A stretch of DNA of 64,000 bases from an uncultured Planctomycetota bacterium (GTDB lineage: Bacteria; Planctomycetota; Planctomycetia; Isosphaerales; Isosphaeraceae). The stretch covers positions 32,001 to 96,000 of the forward strand of contig CAWGMQ010000012.1 of NCBI GenBank assembly GCA_963823665.1. The letters run 5' to 3'. Every line of letters starts with the position of its first letter. Within the stretch, counting starts at the first letter, position 1. The notes below the pieces were generated by a model. That model was given only the letters and a program-made list of their open reading frames with translations, did no database searches and was not told where the DNA came from. This document shows, piece by piece, positions 1-9,930 of this stretch. The translations under genes were made by a program, and so were the position numbers.

Positions 1-27
1 TGTTTAATGCATATAATTGTATAGGAC

Positions 28-1029
28 GTGTTGATTGTCGGACCGTCCGCGCTGCGTGTTTGGTGGCGACGGCAAGCCTGTGGCTTTCGCTTGCGGGGGG
101 TTGCGTACCGCGCGAGACCGCTTCCGAGCCAGACGGTGCGACGGCTTCCCAGCATGCGGCCCACCTCCGCAAGAATCGAGCGCCAAGGGGGGTCGTCGCA
201 AACGACTACAAGCTCAAGGGGGTGGTCACGAAGGTCGAACCAGAAAATTTGCATGTGAGAATACGTCACGAAGCCATTCCCAACTTCATGGACGCGATGC
301 CGATGAGGTTTTCGCTCAAGGATCGCGAATTGCTCGCGGAATTGCACCGGGCGACGAAGTCGAGGGAACCTTGCACGTCGAGATGCTTGACGGCGCGGTC
401 AACGATTACGAGCTGCGCGGCGTGGTCGTCACCAAGCCCGCGCCGAAGGAGACGATGGTCCTGCGCCTCTCTCAGGGAAAGGCCGAGCTAGTGCCGGCTC
501 CCAAGCAGCTTCAGGTGGGCGAAGCGGTTCCGGATTTTGCGATGACGATGCAGGATGGCAAGGTGGTCAGATTGTCCCAGCTCCGGGGCAAGGTCGTCGT
601 GCTGACGTTTGTCTACACCCGATGTCCGCTCCCAGACTTCTGTCCACTAATGGATAAAAAGTTCGGGGCGCTCGCCCAGAGCATCGCCGCTTTCCCCCAA
701 CGCGCCCAGCACATCCGGCTGATCTCCCTCTCATTTGACCCGGAGCATGACACTCCCGAAGTTTTGCGCAAGCATGCGCTCATTCGCGGGGCGATGCCAC
801 CGCTCTGGTCGTATGCCGTCGCCAATCATGAAGAACTTGCAAAGGTTGCTCCCGGTCTCGGTCTCGTCTATGGCGCGGTCGGGGCGAGGTCATTCATAAC
901 CTCTCTACGGCCGTAATTGATGCCGACGGCAAGCTGGCTCGCGTTGAAATTGGGACCGAACACAACCGATGGGAAACTGCTGATCTCCTCAAAACAGTTT
1001 ATTCACTTATTCCGACTTCAGGTAGATGA
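28..1029 (+). CDS. SCO family protein with N-terminal CusF-like copper-binding domain, probable lipoprotein; frameshifted
   Basis: ORF 60..491 gives a lipobox-like LAGGC and YKLKGVVTKV...IRHEAIPNFMDAMPMRF. ORF 35..916 gives the SCO motif FVYTRCPLPDFCP and SFDPEHDTPE. A further shift near 885 gives HNLSTAVIDADGK and a stop TGA at 1027-1029. The start is uncertain. Confidence 0.8.
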
Positions 1030-1206
1030 TTGTGAAACGGTGCTTTTCCTATATGTCGTCTGCGTAGAGGTTTATGGTTAATTCTGGGTTCCCCTTGATG
1101 TCGCAGGTTGTGTCGAATGAGCCGCGCGCTAGGGTGTAAGTTTTGGCATCGGCTTTCTCGAACAAATGTGACGGATCAAAGCAATATAAAAGATTGCAGA
1201 TTACGG

Positions 1207-1234
1207 TTGACAGTTGTTAGAATAACCTTAAGAT
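1207..1234 (+). promoter_or_regulatory. sigma70-type promoter upstream of the ArsR gene
   Basis: TTGACA (1207-1212), a 16-nt spacer, then TAAGAT (1229-1234), in an AT-rich intergenic stretch. Confidence 0.6.
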
Positions 1235-1589
1235 GTCCTCAAGCACCCACGTTGAGATACGTTGGCGCAAGATCGTGATCGAGGCGTTTTGATTGTCGCC
1301 GGCTCATGCGTCAATTGATCGACGTGGCCGCAGGGCGTCGGGCAACCTCGGCTAAGAGCGTCAACACGAAGGCTCTGGGCTGGTTGGTTGATCGCACGCC
1401 CGGCCGGTTTCAGGTCGGCATCTTAGTTTGCAACCGCCAAGTCGTGTGCCGGATGCGGTTTGTCTGAGGGCGACGTAGGTCCCCAGTTCGACTGCATTCG
1501 ATGCCGTTAGCCCCGGAGATGGAGACGGGGTGCCGATGATTTCCCGCGCGCAGCAACACCGAACCAATTCAGGTCAGGAGGCTAGAGCT

Positions 1590-1952
1590 ATGCCACCGTC
1601 AGTCAAGACCAGTGTCAAAACCGCTCCCGCATCGAAAGCCGCCGTCGCTCGTCCTAAGACTCAGAAGGCAGCCGAGCAGAGGTATCACCAGGCACGCCGC
1701 GCTTCGATCCTGCTCAAGCACGTCAGCGACCCGACCCGCCTTCAGGTGATCATGATCCTGTCGCAGGGAGAGCGGCATGTCGGCGCCCTCTGCTCCCAGC
1801 TTAGCCAAAGCCAGCCCGCCGTGAGCCATCACCTCGCCCTCCTGCGTCATGGCGGCATCATCGCCCCGCGCCGCCAAGGCAAGAACAATTTCTATAGCCT
1901 CACCGACACCGGCTCCGACCTCGCCCGCGTCGTCAAGAATCTGATCGCTTGA
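1590..1952 (+). CDS. ArsR/SmtB family winged-helix transcriptional regulator
   Basis: LLKHVSDPTRLQVIMIL...SQPAVSHHLALLRHGGII..RRQGKNNFYSL. The ATG at 1590 is preceded by AGGAGG. Confidence 0.9.
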   Translation: MPPSVKTSVKTAPASKAAVARPKTQKAAEQRYHQARRASILLKHVSDPTRLQVIMILSQGERHVGALCSQLSQSQPAVSHHLALLRHGGIIAPRRQGKNNFYSLTDTGSDLARVVKNLIA

Positions 1953-2196
1953 TCGCATCGCTGGCCATCCGTCGCTCGCAATTGGTCGCGACCTCCGCGA
2001 TTCATGCATACAACCAACCAGCAAATCAGCGGCGACATAGTGCCCTGTCTATCTTGAATTGAGAAGTTGGAGTCCCGACTTTAGCCGGTCCGGATTGCCT
2101 AGAGGCGGTACTCCAACTGATCAATCAACGGTCAATACGCACCAAACGGGCGGCTCACATGGAGGTTCGCTCTCCCGTTCCGTCAACTTACAGCCG

Positions 2197-3883
2197 CTAA
2201 GGAAGGATCCGCTGGCCGACCACGGTGTTGAGCGTCAGCATGCTCCGGCGATGCCGGACGGCCGAATCCAGGTAGGACTTGGCGGTGTCGTTGTACTTGC
2301 GCTGGGCGTCGAGAAAAGCAAACCGCGTCGCTTCGCCCTCGTCGAAGAGCCGCTCTCGCGCTCGCGATGCTCGCTCCAGTCCTGCGCAATACTTCGGTTC
2401 TCAGGGTGCGCGTGACGCGAAGGCTGACTGCGTATTCGGCCAGAGCTTGATGGACCTCGGTCATGACCTTGCGCTCTTGCGAATGGAGCTGAACACCGGA
2501 CTGGTTGACATTGATCCGAGCGCGCTCGATGTTTCCCTGGTTCCGGTTGAATATCGGGAAGGGCACCGTGAGCCCCACGGCCCAGGACGTTGCGCTCTCG
2601 GTGCGGTAAGGCGCGTTGTTCTGAAACGTGTAGGGCTGGTAGAGCAAATAGGCATCCGAAAAGCGATTGGCGAGCTGAAGCCGAACATTCGCTTCGGCCG
2701 CTTGAATCCCGAGTTGAAACCCCGCCAGATCAGGCCGGCACGAGAGGGCGATCTGGTACAACTCTTCCTTGGAGGGTGGCGGCGGCCCGCGATCGCCGAT
2801 CGTGCCCCGCAGGTCGATCTGCTCGGATTCCTCGGGCGAAAAGACCAAGAGCTCGCCGAGACTTCGCTTCTTCTGAAGCAGGAACTGCTCGGCATCGTCC
2901 AGCCCGGCCGCGGCGATGTCGCGCTCCGACCGCGCTGAATCGACGTCGGCACTGGTCGCATTGCTTCGCTTCAAGAGCGCCTCATTGGTTCGCACGTAAT
3001 CATCAAGCCCTAGCACGCTCGTTTTCACATATCTCACTACTTCGCGCGCGGCGAGCACGTCTACATAGGCGTTATAAAGGTTTTGAATCGCCAGCCGCAC
3101 TTCATCCTGATACTGGGCCTCCATGACCTGAAGCGCGCGGGCCGCGTAGGCCGTTCTCGCCTGCCGCTTGTGCGAGAAGTCAATCGGTTGAGAAATATTC
3201 ACATCATATTGGGTTGGGCCTCCGGGGCGGTGGATCGAGTCGCTGCCGTAAGGGACGAGCTGGCTGTCCGCGTAGAAAATCGGGTTGGGCGCAGACTGGC
3301 TGTCAAGACGTCGGCGCGGGCTTGCGGAATCTCCAGATACTTGGCTCGCAAATCGAGATTCCGGTGGACCAGGAGCTCGATCGCCTGGTCGAGAGTCAGC
3401 CCATTGGCAGGTCCCTCGTCGATCTCCTCTTTGGGTAATTCCAGCCTCCCGTAGAACGGTGCGCGAGGCAACGGATTTGGCTGGGGCGCGGCTGAACCCT
3501 GACGAGCCGGCGGCCCCTGGTAGACGCCCCCGGGCGTCGTGACCGCGGTCGGAACCCGCGGGAATGCAGTGCCGATCCGGCCCAGCAGCATGTCGTCTCG
3601 CCCAGGTTGCGTCCTGCCCACTCCACCCGCCGAGCCAGGCATCGGTCCCAAGAGCGAGTCCATCGAGCCAGGGCGTGAGTTAGTCGGCCCGGCTCCCCCG
3701 ATCATTCCCTGTTGCTCGATCGTTGGAGCCTGTGCCGCATGCCGATGGCGACCGCTCTGCTACAAACGTCCAAAGCACGAGACAGATGAGCCCCAATTCG
3801 CCGCGGCGAACCGCCATGGCTTGCAGCCCCTTCGTCTTATTGGTCAACCCAGCGTTCCCAGCCCGATACTCGTCCCGCTGCAA
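2197..3883 (-). CDS. TolC/CzcC family outer membrane efflux protein; frameshifted
   Basis: Stitched from ORFs 3680..3883, 3199..3705 and 2183..3202. Motifs: LTLDQAIELLVHRNLDL, IPQARADVLTASLR, PIFNRNQGNIERA. The C-terminus ...MLTLNTVVGQRILP* ends at TAG 2197-2199. The start is uncertain. Confidence 0.8.
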
Positions 3884-4206
3884 TCACTCAGTGCGTCCGC
3901 TGTGCGATCTGTTTGCTCTTTGTGGCGACTTTATCGGCTTGATCCACAAGTCGAGTTGAACGGAATTTACGCAAGTCACGCATTTTCACTATATTCGCTA
4001 CAATCGTACCAACCGATAAAGTTTTCCCAGATTTGTTGACACTCCGTGCAGCGCGAGACGATGTGTCTTGGAAAGAACGGGGGCAGGGGAGAATCGAGTG
4101 CAACGGCATTTCGGACGCGACTTCGATCTGTCGCATCGCCGTTGGTTCGCGTTACGATGCCGGATTGGAGACGACGCGTAAGGATAATCGGGGGAGAGCA
4201 AAGGCG

Positions 4207-5515
4207 ATGAGCACGATCGAAAAAAGCGGCTCGGCAATAGCTGTTGGAATGACGCGGCGCGATTTCCTCCGGGCGGGAAGCCTCGGGATTGGGTCATTGG
4301 GTTTCAGCCAGTTTGGGCTGCTGGGCGCAACGAATGGCGCGGCTGATCGTTCGGTCATTCTGCTGCTGTTGGTCGGTGGGCCCAGTCAGTTGGAGACCTG
4401 GGATCCGAAGCCGGACTGCGCCAAGCGACGTCAGAGGTCCATTTCGGTCGATCGCGACGACGTGCCCGGGAGTGCGAGTCTGCGAGCATTTGCCGCGGTT
4501 GGCCGCGAGGATGGACCAGATCGCTCTCGTTCGATCGGTCCATCACGATGAAGCCCCCATTCACGAGACCGGCCACCAGTTGCTCCAGACGGGCAGGCTT
4601 TGCCAGGAAGCTGACGAAGCGCCTCATTTCGGCTCGATGGTCGCTCGGCTCAAGGCAACGCGATCGGGACAGCCAGTCTCGGTGATTCTCCCTCGCCCGA
4701 TCGCCAGCACCGGTGTTCCGATTCCCCATGGCCAGTCGTCCGGTTGGCTAGGCAGAGTGCGACGACTCGTTCGTGCTCGACGCCAATCCCGGGTCCCCGG
4801 ATTTCGATCCGAAATCCGCTCTGGATCGCGCATCGGCATTTGTTGACGAGGCCGCGAGCGGTCGTCCACCGCGAGCAGCGGCCCTGACCCAGACGAGCGA
4901 ATCCGTTTTGGTTCCGAGAGTTCGCAATGCCTTTGACCTGGGCGATGAGCCGAGCCAAACTCGCGAAGCTTACGGACGATCGACGTTCGGCCAGAGTTGT
5001 CTCCTGGCGCGGCGGTTGGTCGAGGCGGGGGTGCGCGTCGTCACGGTCAACATGTATGCCACCGTTTTCAACCAGGTCACCTGGGACTGCCATGGGTCAG
5101 GGCCATTCAGCACGCTGGACGACTACGCGCGCGAGGTGCTTCCCACCTTCGATCAGGCGTTTTCGGCGCTGATCGACGAACTCGACCGCTGCGGCCGGCT
5201 CGATTCGACGCTGATCGTCGCGGCGGGAGAGTTTGGCCGCACGCCGCGGCTCAATGCGTCGGGCGGCGAGCGACCACTGGCCGGGGGTCTGGAGCATCGC
5301 CCTGGCGGGCGGCGGCGTTCGCGGCGGCCAGGTGATCGGAGCCAGCGACTCCCATGGCGGTGCGCCTGCCCGAGCGCCCCGTCTCGCCGCAGGACTTACT
5401 CTCAACGATCTATCACAGCTTGGGTATCGACAGCGCTCAATACGTCAGCGGAAGCGACGGCGGGTCAACGCCGATCGTCGAGAATGGACGACCAATTCAC
5501 GAACTCTTCGTGTAA
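4207..5515 (+). CDS. DUF1501 domain-containing protein with Tat-like RRDFL signal; frameshifted
   Basis: TRRDFLRAG, LVGGPSQLETWDPKP, YGRSTFGQSCLLARRLVEAGVRVV, WDCH, GEFGRTP, DHWP, GGGVRGGQVIGASD, ending RPIHELFV*. Confidence 0.9.
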
Positions 5516-5631
5516 GATTCGGTGGGTCGCAGTAACTTGGGGTTGGATCGCCTGGGCTTGTTCACACGCCGATTCCCAGACGATCACGGCGACGCGGGCA
5601 CGACCCGACAGATCGGCGAATTCGGCAGCCC

Positions 5632-6229
5632 TTGTGTGCGCCTCGTTCGAACCGGACAAGCTACCGGAAGGGCGCCTCGGTCCTTTGCCGACAGCGCTCC
5701 CTGCCGAGGTTTTTCTCCTGCGCGAATCAGGTCGGCTATAGAGCCAAGGAGACCAAGTTCGCCGTCGCCTTCTCGGTGTCGCCACTGCCCGGGAAGTTTT
5801 CCGTGGTGGCCGCCGAGTCCGGCAAACCGGCCTTCGAAGACAAGCCCGTTCTGCTCTTCGGTGGACGCTGGGGGAAATTCGACAATCATGCCGAGCTCGA
5901 TTTCACCGAGGTTACGCAGCCGGGCCGCTACCTGCTGCGGATCGGTGAGATGTTCACGGAGGTAGGTGGTGTGTTCCCCAAGGACGCACACCTGCAAACG
6001 ACGAAGCTCACGGTGCAATTTGTGTGCGGTGGCCTGGTGGATGGCCCCGTCTCGTCTATGCACGCATCTTCCGCTTTAGCTCGGCGTCTCGATCACTCAA
6101 CCGGACCCGTTCGCGGCTTTTCAGGACGAGCGCGCGGTTTATCACGACGACATCAAGAATTATGTGATCAACGAACCGACCATGGATGGCACGGCGGCCG
6201 CGATAATCATGTGGGTGGCAAGACCGTGA
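5632..6229 (+). pseudogene. glycoside hydrolase family 9 (cellulase-like) remnant with a large internal deletion
   Basis: The N-terminal Ig-like segment NQVGYRAKETKFAV...DFTEVTQPGRYLLRIG is joined directly to C-terminal GH9 motifs GGLVDGPV and, after a shift, YHDDIKNYVINEPTMDGTAAAIIMW. The catalytic core is absent. Confidence 0.7.
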
Positions 6230-6230
6230 T

Positions 6231-7825
6231 TCACTCCGGCCGGAGGACCCGGAAGCTCTCGAATGTGACGACGAATGGCTGGCGTGACGAGCTGATCGCA
6301 GCGACGCCCAGCTTGAGCTTCGCAGGTAACTTGATAATGCGCGGCGGAAAGGCGCGCCAAGCCATGCCGTCGATGCTGACCTGCGCGCTGAATTGATCGC
6401 CATGACGTTCCAGGTGCAGCAGGGTTGGTTCGTCAGGGAGCTGATGGCCGCCCTCCGGCGGTATGAGCCGGCCGTCGCGACGTTCTTGAAAAAGGGAGTA
6501 CGGAATCAACTGGCCGTTCCGGACGATCGCGGCGCGTTCCAGCCGGAGGTAGTTACCCTCGTCACTCCATAGCAACAGCCCCGCACCGACGAACGGGAAA
6601 ACCCTGGGATTGGCCGACGGCCCGCCGGGCTTGAGTGTGCCCCCTACTTTGAGATCAGCGATGAAGTCTCCCTCGATTTGCGCAACACTCGCGGCGCATT
6701 GAGGGTCTTTGCCTCGGCCTCGAGACCGTGCCCTTTCCGTGGCGCTGCCGGTGCGGGTACCTTGATCGTGAGCCGGCCGTCGGCCAAGTTGAACTCGCAA
6801 TCGCCATCAGGATCGATCGGCTCGCCCCATCCCTTCAAGATGCCGCGCGAGGAGACGGCCCTCTTCTGAGTCTCGGCGACTTCGGGAGCGGGAGCGACGG
6901 CCACAATGGCGAGGGCTGGACTATCCCCGGCCGATGCCTTCCCTACCGACGCATAGGACACTGCGACTGCCCCGCCCGTCGCCAGACCGGTTGCAAGCAG
7001 GGACAGGCCGATCCATTTGAGCTGGGTGAGCTTCATGGTCGTGAGAACTCCCTCAGTGAGAGCGAGCACCGGCGCCGCTGCGGTGTCCACCTGACTCGTC
7101 GTGGCCGAGCTCCATCGAACCACCGTGTCGACGGTCGCAGAAACCAGCGACGGCGGCACGACCTCGATGCAATCCCCGGCCGGTACGCTCGGCCGGCGCC
7201 GAAGAACGCAGCCGTCGGTACGTATCCCTGTCGCGTCAGGCGTTTCTTGAGCAAGTCGCGTCCTCGAGCCAGGCGGCTGCGGCACGGTACCGACGGGGCA
7301 CGAAAGTTCCCCGGCCGCTTCGTCGTGGGTCCGCCCTTCGAGGTAGCACAATATCAGTGGCGCCCGATACCTTTCGGGCAACCGGTTCAACTCCTGTTCG
7401 AGCGCCGCGGCCGCCTCGCGGTCTTCCGAGGAATTGCTCGCTCCAAGAGCCTCGGGAGTCGCGACGAGCAGCTCGCAGTTCCGACGGCGCAGCGCACGCG
7501 CCCGTGCGTGCCGTGCGATTCGGAAAGCCACTCGGTAGAGCCATGTCGCCACAAAGGTTCGGTCGCGGATCGCCCGGCCCGTACGAGCCAGCGTCAAGAA
7601 CGTTGCCTGAAAGGTGTCTTCAACATCCCGTGGGTCGCGGAGCATCCGCCGGCACAAACCCAGCACCATCGGACCGTGCCGATCAACCAAGACCGCGAAC
7701 GCCGTCTCGTCGCCGTTCGTCAGGTAGTGCTCGAGAAGCTGTCCGTCTGCCAGACCGCCCAGCGTCCCGTCGCTAAACAGTTGACGAACTTGCCGCAAGA
7801 CAATCCCCCGCCCGGCGCACGACAT
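6231..7825 (-). CDS. ECF sigma-70 factor with TM segment and C-terminal DUF1349/ConA-like domain; frameshifted
   Basis: DGQLLEHY..DETAFAVLVDRHGPMVLGLCRRMLRDPRDVEDTFQATF, LPERYRAPLILCYLEG, a hydrophobic segment, then WGEPIDPDGDC, NAPRVL, GAGLLLWSDEGNYLRLERA and LKLGVAA. Confidence 0.85.
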
Positions 7826-8145
7826 CAGTTCTCCTCCTCGAATCAGATGCCCGATTACCTATGTTAGTGTGCGTGGAGCCCAAACCAATCCATGAATTTG
7901 ACAGACATCCGTTTTTTCGGTGGATTGCGAGGGCAATCGTGGAAGAGCAGGACAGACAGGTAGTCTAGAATGAATTCTGGATCTGGGCCCAATGCCATGA
8001 TCCGCTCCGCACGGCGTCGCAATGTTCCGTGAAGCAAGCTCGCCATGGGCGCCATTCTCCGGCGCGGCCCAGGTCCGCCAGGACTGCCCGTGGAGGTCAA
8101 GGTCCGTCAGAGCGACCTCTGTCGTGGAACTGACCAAAGCGCGAG

Positions 8146-9921
8146 TCACCTCGCCGCTGCCTGATCGCCCGCTCGCTTGTATCCCGGTGCGGCGATGATG
8201 GTGCGCAGCAACTTCCCATCTGCCAAATTCCATAGCCGGACTTCACCATCCCAGCTTCCCGACGCCGCGGTCTTGCTGTCGCGCGAGATGGCCAGGGAAT
8301 AGACCCAATCCTGATGGCCCGCCAATTTGCGCACCTGAGAACCTTTGTCGGTGAAGACAGCAACATTTTTATCGGCCCCACATGCCAGCAGGTTTTTTCC
8401 GTCCGGCGTGTAGCGCAGCTTGAAAACCGTACCGCCGAAACCGGCGATTTCGCGGATTGCCTTGGCCTCATTGTCGGGGTTCCAGATTCGGATACGGTTA
8501 TCCTCTCCGCCGGTGGCAATCCCTTTGCCGTCAGGGGTAAACGAAATCGTGTAAACCGGCGCGCCGTGACCCGGAAAAGTCACGATTGCTTCCTTCTTCT
8601 CCACGTCGAAGACCTTGGCCGTCTTGTCGCGGCTCGCCGTCGCCACTCGTTTGCCATCGGGGCTGAACGCGACTCCAAGCACCCAGTCGGCGTGATCTTC
8701 GACCTGAAATTGCAGCTTGCCGGTCTCGACTTCGAAGACGCGCAAAGTCCGATCGGCTCCCGCGGTGGCGATCTTCTTGCTGTCCGGGCTGAATGCGACG
8801 GCAAAGACTACGTCCTGGGTTTCGACCAGGTCAGAAACCGGCTTGAGCTCTCCTTTCGGCTCGGGCTGCCAGAGCCGGACGACGCCGAAGACTCCCGGGT
8901 CGCCGCTGGCGGTAGCCAGCCATTTGCCGTCGGGGCTGGTGGCAATATCGTAGACCCGCTCGGCCAGACCGCTCTGCCTGCGCACCAGCTTGCCAAGGGC
9001 GGTGTTCCAGAACGTGATTTCGTGATAGCCCGACGCCGCCAGAGTCGTGCCGTCCCGGCTGAATTCGAGGGCCGTGATCGGCACTGTCGCCGGATACTCC
9101 TGGGGGATCGTGACTTTTCGCGTCTTTCGCAAGACGATCGTCCAGTCGCCGGTGGGCGAGCCGCCGTCATATTTGGCTCCCTCTGCAACCCACCGCTCGA
9201 TGATCGCGATTTTTTCGGACGTCAGTGGATCTTGCTTATACGGCATGCGGGGCTGACCATCCGGGCGGATCAGCTCGACCAGATTGCTCTCGTCGGGTTT
9301 GCCCGGCTCGAGCGTGGTACCCTCGCCCTGCTGACCACCCTTGGCGAGCTGGGCAAACGTCGTCATGACATACTTGCTCTCGGTTTTCCGCGGATTGTGG
9401 CAGGCAATGCAGCTTTCGACCAGGATGGGTGCGACGTCGTGAATGAAACTCACGGCCTTGCCGGCAGGCGGTTTTGTGGCCACCGCGGGTAGGGTGGCAG
9501 ACTTGGCTTGAGCTGTCACGCCCTTGGGCGCGGCCGGCGACGCCTTCGCTTCGGCTGCGGGCGCCGATTCTGGCTTCGCGGATGGTCTCGTCGTCTTGCC
9601 AGACGCATTCGCCGTCTTGGCGGGGATCTCCGCGGTTTTGCTGGGCGCGTTCGTGGATTTCGGGGGCGCGTCCTTGGCCTTGGTCGGCTTCGCGGGCTCT
9701 TTGCTCTGCTCGGATCCGGTCCGCGCCGGGTCCTTCGACTCGCCCTTCGCTTGCACCCCGCTAGATCCGGGACGCTGGCCCTCTTGGTCTGCCTGGCCCT
9801 GGTGGGTCACGGCCAAAAATCCGACTACCAAGCTCAGCCGGAGGAAAAAGCCCGGCGAGACAGAGCGGAGCGTGTTTCGAGACATTCGCGGAATTCTCCG
9901 TGCCACGGCAATCAGTCGCAT
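8146..9921 (-). CDS. planctomycete cytochrome c domain + WD40 repeat protein
   Basis: Signal peptide, an A/K/P-rich linker, VSFIHDVAPILVESCIACH (CxxCH), PGKPDESNL..RMP..WVAEGA, then several WD40 repeats. Confidence 0.9.
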   Translation of the reverse strand: MRLIAVARRIPRMSRNTLRSVSPGFFLRLSLVVGFLAVTHQGQADQEGQRPGSSGVQAKGESKDPARTGSEQSKEPAKPTKAKDAPPKSTNAPSKTAEIPAKTANASGKTTRPSAKPESAPAAEAKASPAAPKGVTAQAKSATLPAVATKPPAGKAVSFIHDVAPILVESCIACHNPRKTESKYVMTTFAQLAKGGQQGEGTTLEPGKPDESNLVELIRPDGQPRMPYKQDPLTSEKIAIIERWVAEGAKYDGGSPTGDWTIVLRKTRKVTIPQEYPATVPITALEFSRDGTTLAASGYHEITFWNTALGKLVRRQSGLAERVYDIATSPDGKWLATASGDPGVFGVVRLWQPEPKGELKPVSDLVETQDVVFAVAFSPDSKKIATAGADRTLRVFEVETGKLQFQVEDHADWVLGVAFSPDGKRVATASRDKTAKVFDVEKKEAIVTFPGHGAPVYTISFTPDGKGIATGGEDNRIRIWNPDNEAKAIREIAGFGGTVFKLRYTPDGKNLLACGADKNVAVFTDKGSQVRKLAGHQDWVYSLAISRDSKTAASGSWDGEVRLWNLADGKLLRTIIAAPGYKRAGDQAAAR

Positions 9922-9930
9922 CCCTTTATC

